From: Octopus sinensis
Lineage: Eukaryota
Direction of reading: 5' to 3'
Length of the DNA stretch: 64,000 nucleotides
NCBI RefSeq assembly: GCF_006345805.1
Contig: NC_043008.1
Coordinates: forward strand, 72,292,001-72,356,000
Under the pieces are notes generated by a model. The model was not told where the DNA came from and did no database searches. It saw only the letters and a program-made list of their open reading frames with translations. Below are positions 27,485 to 43,645 of this stretch, in pieces (position 1 is the stretch's first letter; each line of letters begins with the position of its first letter). A program made the translations under genes and the position numbers.

Positions 27485-28142
27485 TATATATGTTTGGTTT
27501 TTACTTTGTACAAGTTGACTTCAAGTCTCAGGAGACAAGTCAAATGTTCAAGTGGGTATTATGACTAAAATACCATACTTTTGGTTTGGCACAGTGTATT
27601 GTTCTAGAGCGTATCAAGTCAAAACATTATAAAATTAAAGGTTTGTTTTAAAAGTAATTTGATGATAAGGCGATAATGTGATGTTAAGATAATAGTAAAA
27701 CATGTTTGCTATCATGTATATATAAAAGTAGTTTTGATAATAGTCACATTAAAATATTTGGGGAATTACATAAATAATGTTTTTCTTAAGAGATGAGAAG
27801 TCCCCAATAGCACTCTTTTTAAAAAATTTCCTGGTATCTGAGATAAGGAACCTTTTACTAACATCCCTGGAGCGCGCCTATGACAACATGTATTATTCTA
27901 GTCTTCAGGTTCCACATTTTATCAATTTCTATTCCGAGATCTTTATATTGGCTCAGATTTTGGTATGTCTCGACAGATACATTTATGTCGATTGGGACAG
28001 TTATATGAATGACGTAGTATGATTTTTGTCTAAAATCTTTCAGTATAATGTCTGGCCTATTTGCAACTGTTGCAACCGTTGTTGAGTAAGGGTTTTATCA
28101 ACATCACATTATTAGCTCTCTTTCGGTATTTGTCATTGAGAG

Positions 28143-28190
<48 letters not shown>

Positions 28191-28698
28191 TTATTATTAT
28201 TATTTTTCATTCATTCATTCAATCATTCTGGCAAACATACCACCCTCGGGGTAATTTTCTGCTTGTTTATGTAAAATATGTATATTATTTCATTTTTTTC
28301 CCCAATATTAGATGACATTGCCCAGTGTATCATTTGCTAACTTTAAAAAAGAAAAAAGTGGAACTTATAAAATAAGGAAATATGTAAACGAGACTAAAAA
28401 GATTGCTGAAATAACTTGAAATATTTATAAGAAAGATTGAAATAAATAAAAGTGAAATAACTTTAAAACATTTAATAACTTCTAAACATTTATAAAAAAA
28501 AATCGAAGGTTATAAAAAAGTAAATATGTGGAAATATTTTGTTTTGTCTCCGGGCAGTTTTCTCTAAGTTTATATTACATATTATGTGTATGTATGTGTG
28601 TGTGCATGTGTGCGTGTGTGTGTATATATGTATATATACGCATACAGATGTTTATTGAAATATACAAATATACATACATACGTGGTGTATACATATAC

Positions 28699-28754
<56 letters not shown>

Positions 28755-29269
28755 CTGGCTTGTATCCACTACTGTTCAGCTGTGCTTGCTACGACACGGC
28801 TCAGTGGTGATTGTAATAATACATTTTTCACACACACCCGTAGAAACTTACACACATGCATGAACACACATACGTATGCTGCTATACTTCCTTCGGTGGC
28901 ATACTACCTATAAAACATCCAGTGGACTATCACCTGAAGAAGTGGCATTCTTCGAAAGCATGATTTTAGATGCTCTATAATCTTGCATATTGTTGCATGC
29001 CAAATTGTATTATTTTTAACAATATTCAGCTATGGAAACATATGTAGCAAAACCTATGATCGTTTCATGTATATATATATATATAATATACAACGTGGAT
29101 ATTTTAGTGGGGAAACACACGTGATGGACATACATAGAGCAAGAGTAAAGATGAAAAAACACATATTTGTTTTACAGGATTTAAGCGTATGTTAGAACCA
29201 TGATAATAAAGATATATTATTTTGTACAAAATAAGGTTTTGGTCTTTCAACATAATTGAAATAAAGACC

Positions 29270-29778
29270 GGTTTCGCATTGCAACCACCTAATGCAACAA
29301 TCAATGCTCAAGTCTACTGTCAGCAATTACAGCGTTTGAATCAAGCTTTGAAGAAAAAAGACCGCTTTAGTGAATCGAAAGAGGAGTGATGTTTCATCAG
29401 GACGATGCGCAGCCTCACATTGCAAAGATCACATCACAGAAGATCGAAGAGCTTGGTTGGGAAAAAATTCCTCAACCACCTTATTCTCCCGACCTAGCTC
29501 CCTCAGACTACCATTTGTTACGTAGTTTACAGAATCATTTGGGAGAAATAACTTTCGCAAGCCAGGAGAAGATCGAAACTGACATTTCAGAGTTCTTCGC
29601 TTTGAAACCAAAAGAGTTTTACATTGATGGGATTAAAAAGCTTGTAAATAGATGGAAGGAAGCCATAGATAATCAGTTAATGTACATTGATGATTAAATT
29701 TCAACTAAATATAAGATTTGATCACTTGTATTCTTTATTCAAAATTCGGACAGACAGAACTCAAGGGATGACCTGATA
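29270..29778 (+). mobile_element. Mariner transposon 3' fragment (transposase C-terminus plus right TIR)
   Basis: TINAQVYCQQLQRL..FHQDDAQPH..PPYSPDLAPSDYHL..FYIDGIKKLVNRW; ends GGGATGACCTGATA followed by TA. Confidence 0.9.
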
Positions 29779-29889
29779 TATATATATATTAAGAATGAAA
29801 ATATGACAACAAAAGAATGAATAACACCTGGATATAACGTAAAGTAGAGGAATTTATCTATAAATATAATATGTGAGAATTAGTTCATT

Positions 29890-29960
29890 GTCATAATAAA
29901 ACTCAGAGTTTCGGATGCCGGGGCTGCAGTCTGCTCCGGTATCTCGTCAGTTATTAAGAC
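29890..29960 (-). ncRNA. Type I hammerhead ribozyme motif
   Basis: Reverse complement gtcttaataa-CTGACGA-gataccgg..ccggcatc-c-GAAA-CTC t GAG-TT-ttatta-tgac; all three stems pair. Confidence 0.7.
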
Positions 29961-30074
29961 AAACGCAATGAAAAACACCGTTGAATAAAGGGAATTACTA
30001 CAATAGGCCTGGGGAAAATAATACTTCGTACATACAATACGCATATGCACACATATATACACACGTACATGTAT

Positions 30075-30109
<35 letters not shown>

Positions 30110-31234
30110 TGTATATACATATATATGCATACTCACACACGCGTGTTCATATACATATATATATATGTCTACGTGTACACGCACATACACACGCATATAT
30201 ACCCATTCATGCATCACTACAATTACATAGACATCTCTACACGCACACACGCACACATACATACGCGGATATACAAAACGTAGTTTATACGCACATGCAC
30301 ATACATACGCGGATTGACGTATATACAAATAAAAACACACACGCAAAAAACATTAAGCGTAAAACATTCACATTCGTCGCAAAACGAATATACAAATGAG
30401 TTATATATGTATATACACAAATACACACTCCTCTCTGTCAAACACATCTATACCTGCAGATATATAAACGTATATACATACATATATGTATGAAGGAAGG
30501 AGACAAGTGCAACAGGTAGAGTTTTGCACTCGTATATATACAATCATTCGTACACATGTATATATGCACGCACATACACATTAGGTATATACCACACTGG
30601 TATCATTTACACAATTATAAAGGATGAAAAATAATGTACAGAAAAATATATAAAGCAATTAAATATATGTAAGAAGTATATAAGAAATGTTAAGACATAT
30701 GAAAGGCTTGTACATGGACATAATATAAAAAGCAGGTTCTATCTGCGATCTTGGGTGGTGTAACAAAAACGTAGCAAATGTTTTGCCATATTTAGACATG
30801 ACCCAAAAAGTTCAGTTCTTGAATTTAGACCTGTGGCGGGGTCTAAAGAACCTATCCAGATGAGTCAGCTTTCCATATTGCAAAGGCCGCACTTTCCACT
30901 GCCGTTGGTGTAAGGCTTACACATAGCCAAGATCTTCCAGTGAATCTTATAGCTGACACCTTTTTTCTTTTAAGGACCATATATAACTGGATAATTTGGT
31001 TGTTTTTCTTTTATCCCAGTGCATGAAAGTTAAGGTGTGATTGCAACGCGAAATTCAGAGTAACAGGTTTTGTTGAATTTTCTGCTGCTTTAAATAAAGT
31101 ATATATATACATATACATACATGTGTGTGCGTACGTGTATATGTGTGCATATGCGCATTCTATGAACGAAGTATTACTTTACATGTCTATTGCAGTAATT
31201 TCCCTTTAGTCAACCGTTGTTTTTCATAGCGTTT

Positions 31235-31305
31235 GTCTTAATAACTGATGAGATGCGTGAGCAGACTTCAGCCCCGGCATCCGAAACTCTGAGTTTTATT
31301 ATGAC
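31235..31305 (+). ncRNA. Type I hammerhead ribozyme motif (inverted paralogue of 29890-29960)
   Basis: gtcttaataa-CTGATGA-gatgc..gcatc-c-GAAA-CTC t GAG-TT-ttatta-tgac; predicted cleavage after 31295. Confidence 0.7.
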
Positions 31306-31318
31306 AACCAACTGTCAC

Positions 31319-31399
<81 letters not shown>

Positions 31400-31409
31400 G
31401 CTTATGTAT

Positions 31410-32135
31410 TCGTTTTGCAAAATTTTTGATGTTGTTGCATTTAGGCAATAAAAATACACGCACTGTATATTTGGCGTTCACTTGTTTCAGCTTTATTTTA
31501 TATTAATTGTATTTTGGCCAGGATTCTTTCGTCACACTTCTGTGATCTTATCAGTGGTCCTTTGCTTTCTTCTATCTTTTTTGTGTGTCTCTCTTTTCTA
31601 ATGATGTGCCATTTTGTATTCCTATTGTATGTGCCTTTTTTTTCGCATGCGTATATCCCTGTGTGTGTCTACATTAAGTAAGGGGATGTACCTGCATTAT
31701 CAGTATCCCCTGTTTATACACGTTCGTTTAATTTACTTTTAATATTTTATTCATCTGTTTATATCTACTCACTTTTTCTTTTCTTTCATTTTTGCATTTA
31801 ATTTAATTTATTTAGTTAATGTATATAGTTATTTAATTCCATTTATTTATCTGTGTATTGTATTATATTCGTATTATTATCAGTTTATGGGGATCTTATT
31901 CTGTCATAGTTTGGGGTGAGTTGGGGGTGTATGCTAGTGTTCCATTCTAGTTTCCTATTCAGTCTAGGTTTATCTTCTTTTATGTGTGCGTCTTCCGTAA
32001 TTTGTCTAAGCGTTGCGTCTGTTCTGTGTGGACAAGATTTTAACTTCTATATTGTTGAGTGAGCCCCCGTGTTCCTGCTCGGCGTGCTGGTACAGAACCG
32101 ATGTGCACTTTAAGTTCCCGGTTGACCGTTCCTGG
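31410..32135 (-). mobile_element. Penelope-like element 3' remnant (GIY-YIG C-terminus plus downstream region)
   Basis: Minus-strand SVLYQHAEQEHGG..IEVKILS / DATLRQITEDAHIKEDKPRLNRKLEW; decayed hammerhead-like CTGATAA..GAAA at 31516-31560; ends near (TA)n. Confidence 0.6.
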
Positions 32136-32566
32136 TATGTAAATATGTTTATGAACTTTATGCAACATCCTGAAGGGAGTGCCATGATTAATAATATGAA
32201 ATATGTCATATTCCTTGGCACATCTCTGAAACGTCCCGTAGATGTGACTTTTATATGTTTTCTTTCGTTAGTTTTCATATGTCTCTTTAATACTTAACCC
32301 TTTCAAGTTAAATTTTTATTTCATACTGAAGTATTATGATTTTAAATGTACTTACAAATAATATTTTCTTAAATTCAATCGCTTTTACTTAAGTTCAATC
32401 GTGTTTTATGTATTGCATTGATATTTGTCTATTTATATATATTTATGCATTGTGGAATTTTATTTCCATTTTATAGAGAATACATGTATTCATATAAGTT
32501 TCGAAAGTGCATTTTAATTATATTCTTTTCGACTTCGCCTGTGCTGCCTCCATAAAAATATTATTT

Positions 32567-33093
<527 letters not shown>

Positions 33094-33107
33094 TATTTAA
33101 ATATTTT

Positions 33108-33239
33108 GTTAGAATTTTAAGTAATTATTTTTTTAACACCTTCATCTCGTTTCAGAGAATTATCAGGGAGGTTGATTTCTTATGAATAACTCTGAAACGA
33201 GATTAAAGCGCAAAATAAATGATTATCCAAAATTCTGAC
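33108..33239. repeat. Imperfect inverted repeat, ~50-bp arms
   Basis: ATCTCGTTTCAGAG / CTCTGAAACGAGAT core, extending outward to AGAATTTT / AAAATTCT. Confidence 0.7.
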
Positions 33240-34342
33240 TACCTCCTTTTTCTTAATATACAAAATATTTACACAACTTCAAATGTTCTATACATACATA
33301 CATACATATATACGTACATACATGCAGGCATGCATACATACAGCCATACATACATACATGCGTGCGTACGTACATACGTACATACATACATACATACACA
33401 CATACATTATGCATGCATACATATGTAAAACACTGTCTAAGTACCAATCTTTAGAAATTAAGCTTCTCAAAACCAGGTAAGAGAAAGCTGATTAAAAACT
33501 GCTGATCTAAGCTATCGCTGGAACTGTAAAAATCTGTAAAACTTTCTTGAAGTTTCATTTAAGTATATATGAACATTTCAAGATATGCACCTATATGCAT
33601 GAGAATACGCAAAACAAAATATTCATATATACAAAAATACCTTGTATGTATGTATTGATGGCGTCATAGGAATTCTTATAAACATGGAATGAACGTGAAC
33701 TTATTCATTTTGAAATAGTGTCCTGAAGCAAAAAAAGCTATAGCATATAAATATTAGATTTTTAAAAAATTGGATAGGAATGACAAAGGTTGCTTCTATA
33801 TATGTATGTATGTATGTTTACGACATGCGTACTTTAGGTTTCCGTCTACCAAGGTTCTAGTTAGCCAAAGTAGAAATCCAATATGCATGTGGTTAGGAAA
33901 TCAATACCATTCTGTTGGAAAGCAAACGTCACAATCACACAATCACACTTCTGACTATGTATGTGTCTGTATGCGTGTGTACGTACACATATGTCGTTAT
34001 TTCTGTTTCAACATTTAAAAATTTTTCGATCTTCAAATTTTACTTTTGCTTTAATCGCAGGTAAAAAGAGGGTATTAATATATCATATATAAAATAAAAA
34101 CGTAAACGATGCAATATACTCACCTTCTGTATATAATATTATATACAACATATTCAGAAAAAGATGGTTCCCATATTGAATGTGGAAAATGTCTTATAGA
34201 CAAAAATATAATTGGTCATTAAATAAATAATATATATACAACCTTATTTGTTTATACATTACATGCGCTATAGATGCAAAATTTGCATACATTCTCGCAT
34301 AGAAACAATGCATATTATAGATAAAAATGAATACGAATAAGC

Positions 34343-34413
<71 letters not shown>

Positions 34414-35084
34414 TATAAGCATATATATATATATATGTGTGTGTATGTATATGTTGGGCTGTATATATATATATATATACATACATATGTATGTATTTAT
34501 ATTATATATATATAAATATACACATGTACATGTGTATGTACGTTTATGTATAAACGCACACATGTATACATACCTACCACACTTAGATATATGTATACAT
34601 GGAAATATGTATGTAAGTATGGTATGTGTGTGTATGGAAGCGCGCGCGCGTATTTGTGCGAAAACTTGTCATACGCACATTCAAATTGTATACATGCAGA
34701 AACTGAATCCATTTTGTTGTTTCTTCTCTCATTTTTTTCATTATCTGACGTCAAATTTTACTTTCGTTTCAATCGCATACCAGAACAATCTATTTATTTA
34801 AAACTATTATAGCTAAAACATTATTGTTATTGATAACATTCATTAAATGAAACGCATAAACCTGTTAAGAAGAAACCATATTTTTACATTACTGTCATAA
34901 TCATATTTCTGAAAATAATAACTAAATTTATTATAAGCTTCAAAATTATTCGCCCCTTTCATTTATTCCATTTTTAAATTCTAAAAGGAGAATTGTATTT
35001 GTATGTTGGATATGCTAAAGTAAAAAAAAAAAAGAAGAAAGAAATAAAATCAAAAGGATCAAAGATCCTTGTCGGGTTATAAGT

Positions 35085-35305
35085 TCTTCAGGCTGGTTTC
35101 TCAGACCCCGTTGCCTGTATAATACCCACTGGACGGAAAGCCGGACCGTCGCATGATTACTCATCTTTACAAGCTGATTGGAATTGAGAAGCGTGAAATG
35201 AAGTATTTTGCTCAGAAAGGCTCACATCGCCCGGTACAGGAACCGAAACCACAATCTTATAATCATAAGTGTATCCCCTTAAGAACTAAACCACTCACCT
35301 CCACG
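35085..35305 (-). mobile_element. SINE family C, degraded
   Basis: Reverse complement GTGGAGGTGAGTGGTTTAG..GGTTTCGGTTCC..GAGCAAAATACTTCATTTCACGC. Confidence 0.65.
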
Positions 35306-35600
35306 TTAAATTAAGACTCTATGCGTGTGTGCTATTCTAATTCTCACCAGAATCGGAAAAGAATTTAGTGTAAGTCCGAAAATGCAGATAGAAAGTACAT
35401 GTCACACCGACTCAAAATGACTCTTGCGATTTGACTGAGATGTTAGAGAGATGCGTTAAAACCCTAAACGTCACAGTTTTGTAAAAATACATTAAAATTA
35501 CATTTTGTACGAACTTACTATTTATTTTACACTAAAATAAAAGTATGCTGGACTAAAAGTTAACTATATTTCTCAGTCATGTTTCTTGCATTATTATTAT

Positions 35601-36037
35601 TTACTCTTTACTCTTTTACTTGATTCGGTCATTTGATTTTGGCCATGCTGGAGCATCGCCTTTAATCGAGCAAATCTACCCCAGGACTTATACTTTGTAA
35701 ACCTAGTACTTATTTTATCGTTCTCTTTTGCTGAACCACTAAGTTACTGGGGCGTAAACACACCAGCATCGGTTGTCAAGCGATGTTGGTGGGAGGACAA
35801 ACACAGACACACAAACACACACACATACATATAAATCTGTTTCCGTCAACCAAATCCACTCTCAAGGATTTGGTCGGCATGAGGCTATAGTAGAAGACAC
35901 TTGCCCAAGGTGCCACACACTGAGACTGAACCCGGAACCATGTGGTTGGTAAGCAAGGTACTTACCACACAGCCGCTCCTACGCCTATAACCACACAGCC
36001 GCTCCTACGCCTATTACCACAGCTGCTCCTACGCCTA
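35601..36037 (-). mobile_element. SINE family A with tandemly triplicated 5' end
   Basis: Family A body; ACCACACAGCCGCTCCTACGCCTAT occurs three times at about 35964-36037, next to (ATT)n. Confidence 0.85.
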
Positions 36038-36100
<63 letters not shown>

Positions 36101-36129
36101 GTGTTATCATTATTATTATACGAGCCTAA

Positions 36130-36342
36130 AGGCAGCTAGATGACAGAATCTTTAACACGCCGGGCAAATGCCTAGCGGCCTTTCATCCGTCTTCACGTTC
36201 TGAGTTCAAATTTCAGCAAGGTCCAGTTTGTCTTTCATCCTTTCGGAGACCACAAATTAAGTATCGGTCAAGTACTAGGGCTCATATAATCGACTACCCC
36301 CCACCTCCAAAATTTTAGACCTTGTGCTTATCGTAGAAAGGT
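36130..36342 (+). mobile_element. SINE family B, degraded
   Basis: ACGTTCTGAGTTCAAATT..TCTTTCATCCTTTCGGAG. Confidence 0.7.
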
Positions 36343-36874
36343 TAATTACTAAGAGACTAGTGCTGGCATTTACGTTCGAACTTGCAAAATCATTAGGGAA
36401 ATTCTCTCTCAATATTTCTGGTCCCCAAGTCCAGTATTATTATTTCCAAATTTCGTGACACTTTGAAATTGTAGCACTTGAATACCTCTTTCCCTGTTAC
36501 AATGCTTTTCTTTTAGCGATGAAGGACATCAAATTCTGATTATGTTTCTTATCGCTTTGTGGTGAATGTGTTTAGTTGATGTTGTTGTGTTTGTATATCA
36601 GTCTGTTGTTGGGGATCTGTGTGGTTCCTTTGTTGCCCCTTGGATGGAGTCATTCGTTTGTCTGAGATACTGACCGTGAAGTTCTTTTCACCAGTCGTTC
36701 CTTTCTCAATCCTGTTTGCTTCTTTTCTCGTATTCATTTTCCGTCTCCATAGCATCTTTCTCCTCTCCTCTGGCTGCTGAAATGTGTCTTCCTGAGTTGC
36801 TTCTAACGTGCTCTTCTGTATCATGTATTACCATCTCTATTCAATCTTCTTTTGATAACAGTCCTATTGATATC

Positions 36875-36926
<52 letters not shown>

Positions 36927-37620
36927 CCATATTTGTCAAGGCAACTAGCTGGAAGAATCGTTTGCACGCCGGACAAAATATGGTTCAATTGATGATGTTA
37001 TTTCATAAATTTAAGGACATTTTAATTTTAACTTTTCAAATTTGCAATCACTATGTAATAGGAATCATAAATGTGATATGATTAGATACGATTTTAACTA
37101 ATGAGTCAAAAGTTACAGAAATTTTGTCTGCCTCAACCCAACAAACTCTTGAGGCTCGAGCTTATCTGGATTTCCTAGGCATTTATGTTGAGAGACAAGA
37201 TATTCTCTTAAACAGGGCACCATTCGTTCCCTCTTTATTTTTGTCAGTTGATTATACCGGAATAAGGTGTCATTAACTAACTTACTTAAAGACGCATCGT
37301 ACAGTTCATTACAAGATTCGAACTCAAAACCTTACGAATGTTGGTCCCCCAAACCTTAAACAATAATGTATGTACCTTTATAAGAAGTACAGAGAAGGAC
37401 ACTATATTTGATATATTACATGGTTACAATGTTGAAGATTCTTGTCAAACTCGAGTCAGCTCTCGTTTGACTGAGTGCCAATACTACAGATGTCTACATT
37501 GTGTGTGTGTCTGTGTCTGTGTCAGTGTGCATATGTTTTATGTCTATGTGTGTATCTATGTTTGATGTGTTTACCTGCACTGTGTGTACGCATGCAATTT
37601 TCAGGCTTGTATAGATATAT

Positions 37621-38008
37621 ACTCTTACTCTTTACACTTTTACTTGTTTCAGTCATTTGACTGCGGCCATGCTGGAACACCACCTTTATTCGAGCAAATC
37701 GACCCCAGGACTTATTCTTTGTAAGCTTAGTGCTTATTCTATCGGTCTCTTTTGCCGAACCGCTAAGTTACGAGGACATAAACACACCAGCATCGATTAT
37801 CAAGCGATGTTACTGGTGGGGGGACAAGCAAAGACACACAAACATATACACACATATACATATATATATACATATATACGACGGGCTTCTTTCAGTTTCC
37901 GTCTACCAAATCCACTCACAAGGCTTTGGTCGGCCCGAGGCTATAGTAGAAGACATGAACCATGTGGTTGGTAAGCAAGGTACTTACCACACAACCACTC
38001 CTGCGCCT
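37621..38008 (-). mobile_element. SINE family A with internal deletion in the head
   Basis: Family A body; AGAAGACA is joined directly to GAACCATGTGG. Confidence 0.85.
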
Positions 38009-38125
<117 letters not shown>

Positions 38126-38351
38126 TACCAAAATCCTTGCCCCTATACAATACGAGCATGAAACGAAGAGAAAAACTTTAAATACTAGCCCTGTCTTGTC
38201 CTTATACAGAAAAAATTATTCTCGTTTGTGAAATTTCTTTTACAAAAATTTACCCTAAAACATGTCTTACTTTATAACAGACTTTTTTTATAGCACACTT
38301 GCCTCACCCAAAATCAATTTATTATGCAGTATATTGATACTATATTTTAGC

Positions 38352-38519
38352 CCAAGGCAAGCAATTTGGGGGGAGTGGGAAATTCGATTACATTGACCTC
38401 AGTGTCCAACTGATACTTATTTTATCAACCTTGAAAGTCGACCTCGGAACATAATCACGGACGAAATATGATAAGCATATTGCCTGGCGTGCTAACGAGT
38501 CTACCAGCTCGCCGCCTTA
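38352..38519 (-). mobile_element. SINE family B, partial
   Basis: AAAGTCGACCTCGG..GGCGTGCTAACG..CCAGCTCGCCGCCTT. Confidence 0.7.
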
Positions 38520-39829
38520 GAACATGCAACATATTAATATGAGTCACATTATAGCTGGGAAAATATCGTGCAACATAATTTTCGAGGAACACGTTAATCT
38601 TAAAAGTACATTCTGGTACAATAACAGTTCAGATAACACAAGAGGAGATATAATAGCATTACAAGGAAATCTCTTTTACTTATTAAATAAGCCACGTAAA
38701 ACACCAACATACGTTAACAAGATAACTAAACAAATGTGAACAAATAAAGAAAATTCAACTCACCAGAAATAACTACTCGAAATCTTCTATAAATCTCAAT
38801 CTATTACCTAAAAAAGCGAAATACACATTGTTATATGTGCTCTGAAAAATACTACGAGATATTCAAGGCTGGAAGGCCTGATGAGGCTACTTGATTAGGA
38901 ATTGGCTGTGGTTTAATAACATCAACAATAATAAGTACAACAGCTTTTCCCTCACTTCCTACTTTACACATTTAGCTATCCATAACCCTATGTTAACACC
39001 CATTCACTCCTTCTTCCATCAACTCCCCGGAACCATCTCAACACTATCAGACAACCACGAACATATCGAAAACAGTTTTACAATGTCCAAAAATAAAACA
39101 GTGAATTCACTTTTAGTGGAATCACTTTTTCCAAAGAAACAAAATTAAGGTTCACAGTCCCCCGATATAGATACTGCCGTAAATACACTCGATAAAATGA
39201 TTCTAGGAGCTTCTAAACATAGTTACTACAAGGGAACATCAATAAATACAAACTGAAGTACATAACTGAAATAACCAATCTGATACAAATAATAAAAAAA
39301 GAAAACAGGGGACACTTCAAATAAAATAGAAATAAAACTCGGTATCAAGAAAACTAAATAATGAAAACAGAGTGAATTAACCAAATAAAGCATAACAATT
39401 GGTAAATATTTGTGTCCAGAATTAACCATATAAACAAGCAATAAAACACTTTACAAAGTAATTAGTAACATTAATGACTTTAACAAAGTAATTAACAATA
39501 TTAACAAGCTCTATCAGCAGCCACACTACACCTCATCTCACAATAACAACTTCTGGTACTATAACAACGATTTAGCAGCAACTACACTCATATATTAAAC
39601 AATTTTTACAGAGACACAATGCTCACGGCTTCAATCTACGCCATCTACTGATCATTTTTTTCTCACCAGAAAGAAATGAAAACAACCATACCTTCAGATA
39701 TCTCTCGACAAAATCACAAATATATACAAGTCATGCTTTTTTCCCACAACATTACTGACAATACCCTAACCTCTTTTTGTACTATAACAGCCTGATAATC
39801 TACCAACCTATCTATCTATCTATCTATCT

Positions 39830-40056
39830 TATTTGTTTATTGCCCACAAGGGGCTAAACATAAAGGGGACAAACAAGGACAGAGGGATTAATCGATTACA
39901 TCGACCCGTGTGCGTAACTGGTACTTAGTTTATCGACCCCGAAAGGATGAAAGGCAAAGTCGACCTCGGCGGAATTTGAACTCAGAACGTAGCGGCAGAC
40001 GAAATACCGCTAAGCATTTCACCCGGCGTGCTAACGTTTCTGCCAGCTCGCTGCCT
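39830..40056 (-). mobile_element. SINE family B, well preserved, inside a (TATC)n tract
   Basis: Close reverse-complement match to 21329-21531; (TATC)n on both sides. Confidence 0.9.
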
Positions 40057-40073
40057 TATCTATCTATCTATCT

Positions 40074-40196
<123 letters not shown>

Positions 40197-40212
40197 GTGT
40201 GTGTGTGCGTGA

Positions 40213-40260
<48 letters not shown>

Positions 40261-41164
40261 CAGTTTTCTGCCTGTCAATCTTTCTTGTTTCCTCAGCGTC
40301 TGGTGAAGAGCAAGAGCCCCAAATCGTTTACATTCATTTTAAAACCGAACTTGTCAAACTTTCTATTACCCTCCTGTAGTTGTCCATTAACTCCCCAATA
40401 CACTTAATCACCCAAGGACGCGAGGAATTGTTTCAATTATCAGTATCTTTAATTATTCATTCCAGCACTGCCAAATTCTTGAAATTTCAAAATTGGTGAA
40501 AATTATAACAATTCTGAAACCTAAAACAAAACCAAAAATCGATATCACTGACACACGTTCCTCTTTCTAAATTCACGCCATTTCTGCTAATCACATACAC
40601 GATACCTTCAAAACCATACGATAACCCTACATACACCATTGCGAATATCCTCAATATCAGCAAAACAATTCACTCCACCCCTGGCTATCTATATCTAATT
40701 AAAATGTCCTACAAGGATCTGTCATTCCCTGAAACAGTTTTCAATTTATTCCTACATTGCCTACCCCATAATTCCAAAACAAAAGTAAAACTTACGAGGA
40801 AACACAGAAACCAATACATTCACGTTACTCGGTGCTACCAAGACACAACTATCCAACTTCTCCACCCTTACATCAATCGTCTACAAATCAGATTTTGAAC
40901 TGATAAATTAAAACGACATCTACCAAATCTAGTGTTCTTTCTAACCTGCAACACTGAGAATATCAAATACAACTAAACATTATATTTGGCAATATAAGTA
41001 TACCACTCGCACACACGCGCGCGCGCGCATGCACACACACACACACACACACAACACACACACACATGAAACAGTATATATTCGGAGTTATAAATTACAC
41101 TTTCGCAGCATTCTTTATATATACAGATGACACAGTAAAAATAAAAAATGCATTAGTATATTCA

Positions 41165-41910
<746 letters not shown>

Positions 41911-43306
41911 GCCAAGAGAAATAAGCAGCACCGGTCCATTCGACCCATAATAGATCATGCCATCTTAAGCCACATCCAGAAGAAGCCACCTAATTGATGG
42001 GCATTTAAGTCACTTATAGATAGAATCCTATCTTTACCTGCAAACATTGCCTCCCCTCTGGTTGCCTTTTATAGCATACCATAATCTGCTCTATTGCTTG
42101 GAATTGGCAGTTTCCAAATTCTGGAATGAGTAATTACAGATGTTGATATTTACAACAATTCCTTCAGACTGATCCGAGGAATAGAGGACATTAGAGTAAC
42201 AGTAGAAAAGGCAAAGAGAAGAGACAGTGCAAGTGAACGATACAAACTCTCCCGCATATGTATTTTCCTCTCTTTATCTGCTCTTATTTAAGGTGTTACA
42301 TTAATGTCTGTTGTTGCTCAGATCTGCCTGAAATCATACTTCTACTACTCAGGCATTTCTGACCCACTCGTCCTTACTCTTCTTACCTATATTGGGTTCA
42401 CCCTTCGAGTTTCCTAACTAATTACTACTCCTAGGCTCGAACCCCAACAGCCACTGACATTATATGTGTAAACATCAATTATCCCTGGCAACCTAAAGTA
42501 GACACGTTACATCTACAATAACTGGTGACATTACACAATAGCATCCTCAAAGACACTTACCTGCACTTAGTTAAGACAAACATAAAACTACACAACCCCC
42601 ATATCAACAGCCTCTTTAGCTGCTAACAATGCGTTTGTAAGCATACCACCAGTGGCATATGAAGAGACCCAGCAACTGAAGTTTCCTGGCCGAGCCCGCT
42701 CTTTACTATCTCTGGCCTGGCCACCAGAACTCACAGAAAACCAGGCTGAGCAATGGAGTATAATATTCCCAGACCGAGAAGACAAGTCTTGACGCAGAAA
42801 GAATTTACATGAATGGAGCTTGCTGAATCAGGTTTACTCTGAGACTAAACAACAATAACAACAGCAACAAAACCGGAAGCAACAACGACAGTAACAATAA
42901 CAAAAACAAAGAAAACAACAACAACAACAACAAAATCAGCAATGACAATAATGACAACGGTAACACCACCGACACAGTCGGTGACAACAACAACAGCAAA
43001 ATATCTAGCTCAAGTCAAGACTAGGGGACTTCAGGTTTAAAGAAAATAATTGTAAAATTTTCGGTCCAGGGCATCACACCAAAATATGGCATTTCCTTCA
43101 ATAGTAATGGCGCTTGTGTTATTTTTGTTTAAATATTCAGTGCTGCCCTCTATTATCTCCCGGAGCAGCTGTGATTAATAAATAAATATAAACTTTCAAC
43201 TTCCTTTCAATAATTATATCTATTATAGGTAATATGTGTGTATATATGCGTGTATGTATATATGTATGTTTATTACACACGTACACACAAACATACATGA
43301 AGATGC

Positions 43307-43374
<68 letters not shown>

Positions 43375-43600
43375 ATATATATATATATACACAAATAGAC
43401 AGATCCACATATACACATATACATACATATATATACATATACATACATATGTATACATAAACATATACATATATATATATATATATACATACATCATACA
43501 CGTCTTTATATATATATATATGTATATGTTTATGTATACATATGTATGTATATGTATATATATGTATGTATATGTGTATATGTGTATCTGTCTATGTGTG

Positions 43601-43645
<45 letters not shown>

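Noticed and set aside
42620-42860. Possible RTE 3' end before an (AAC)n tract; related-looking segments at about 17870-18110 and 63010-63190 as possible LINE 5' UTRs
   Set aside because: Similarity is too weak to assign without a database search.
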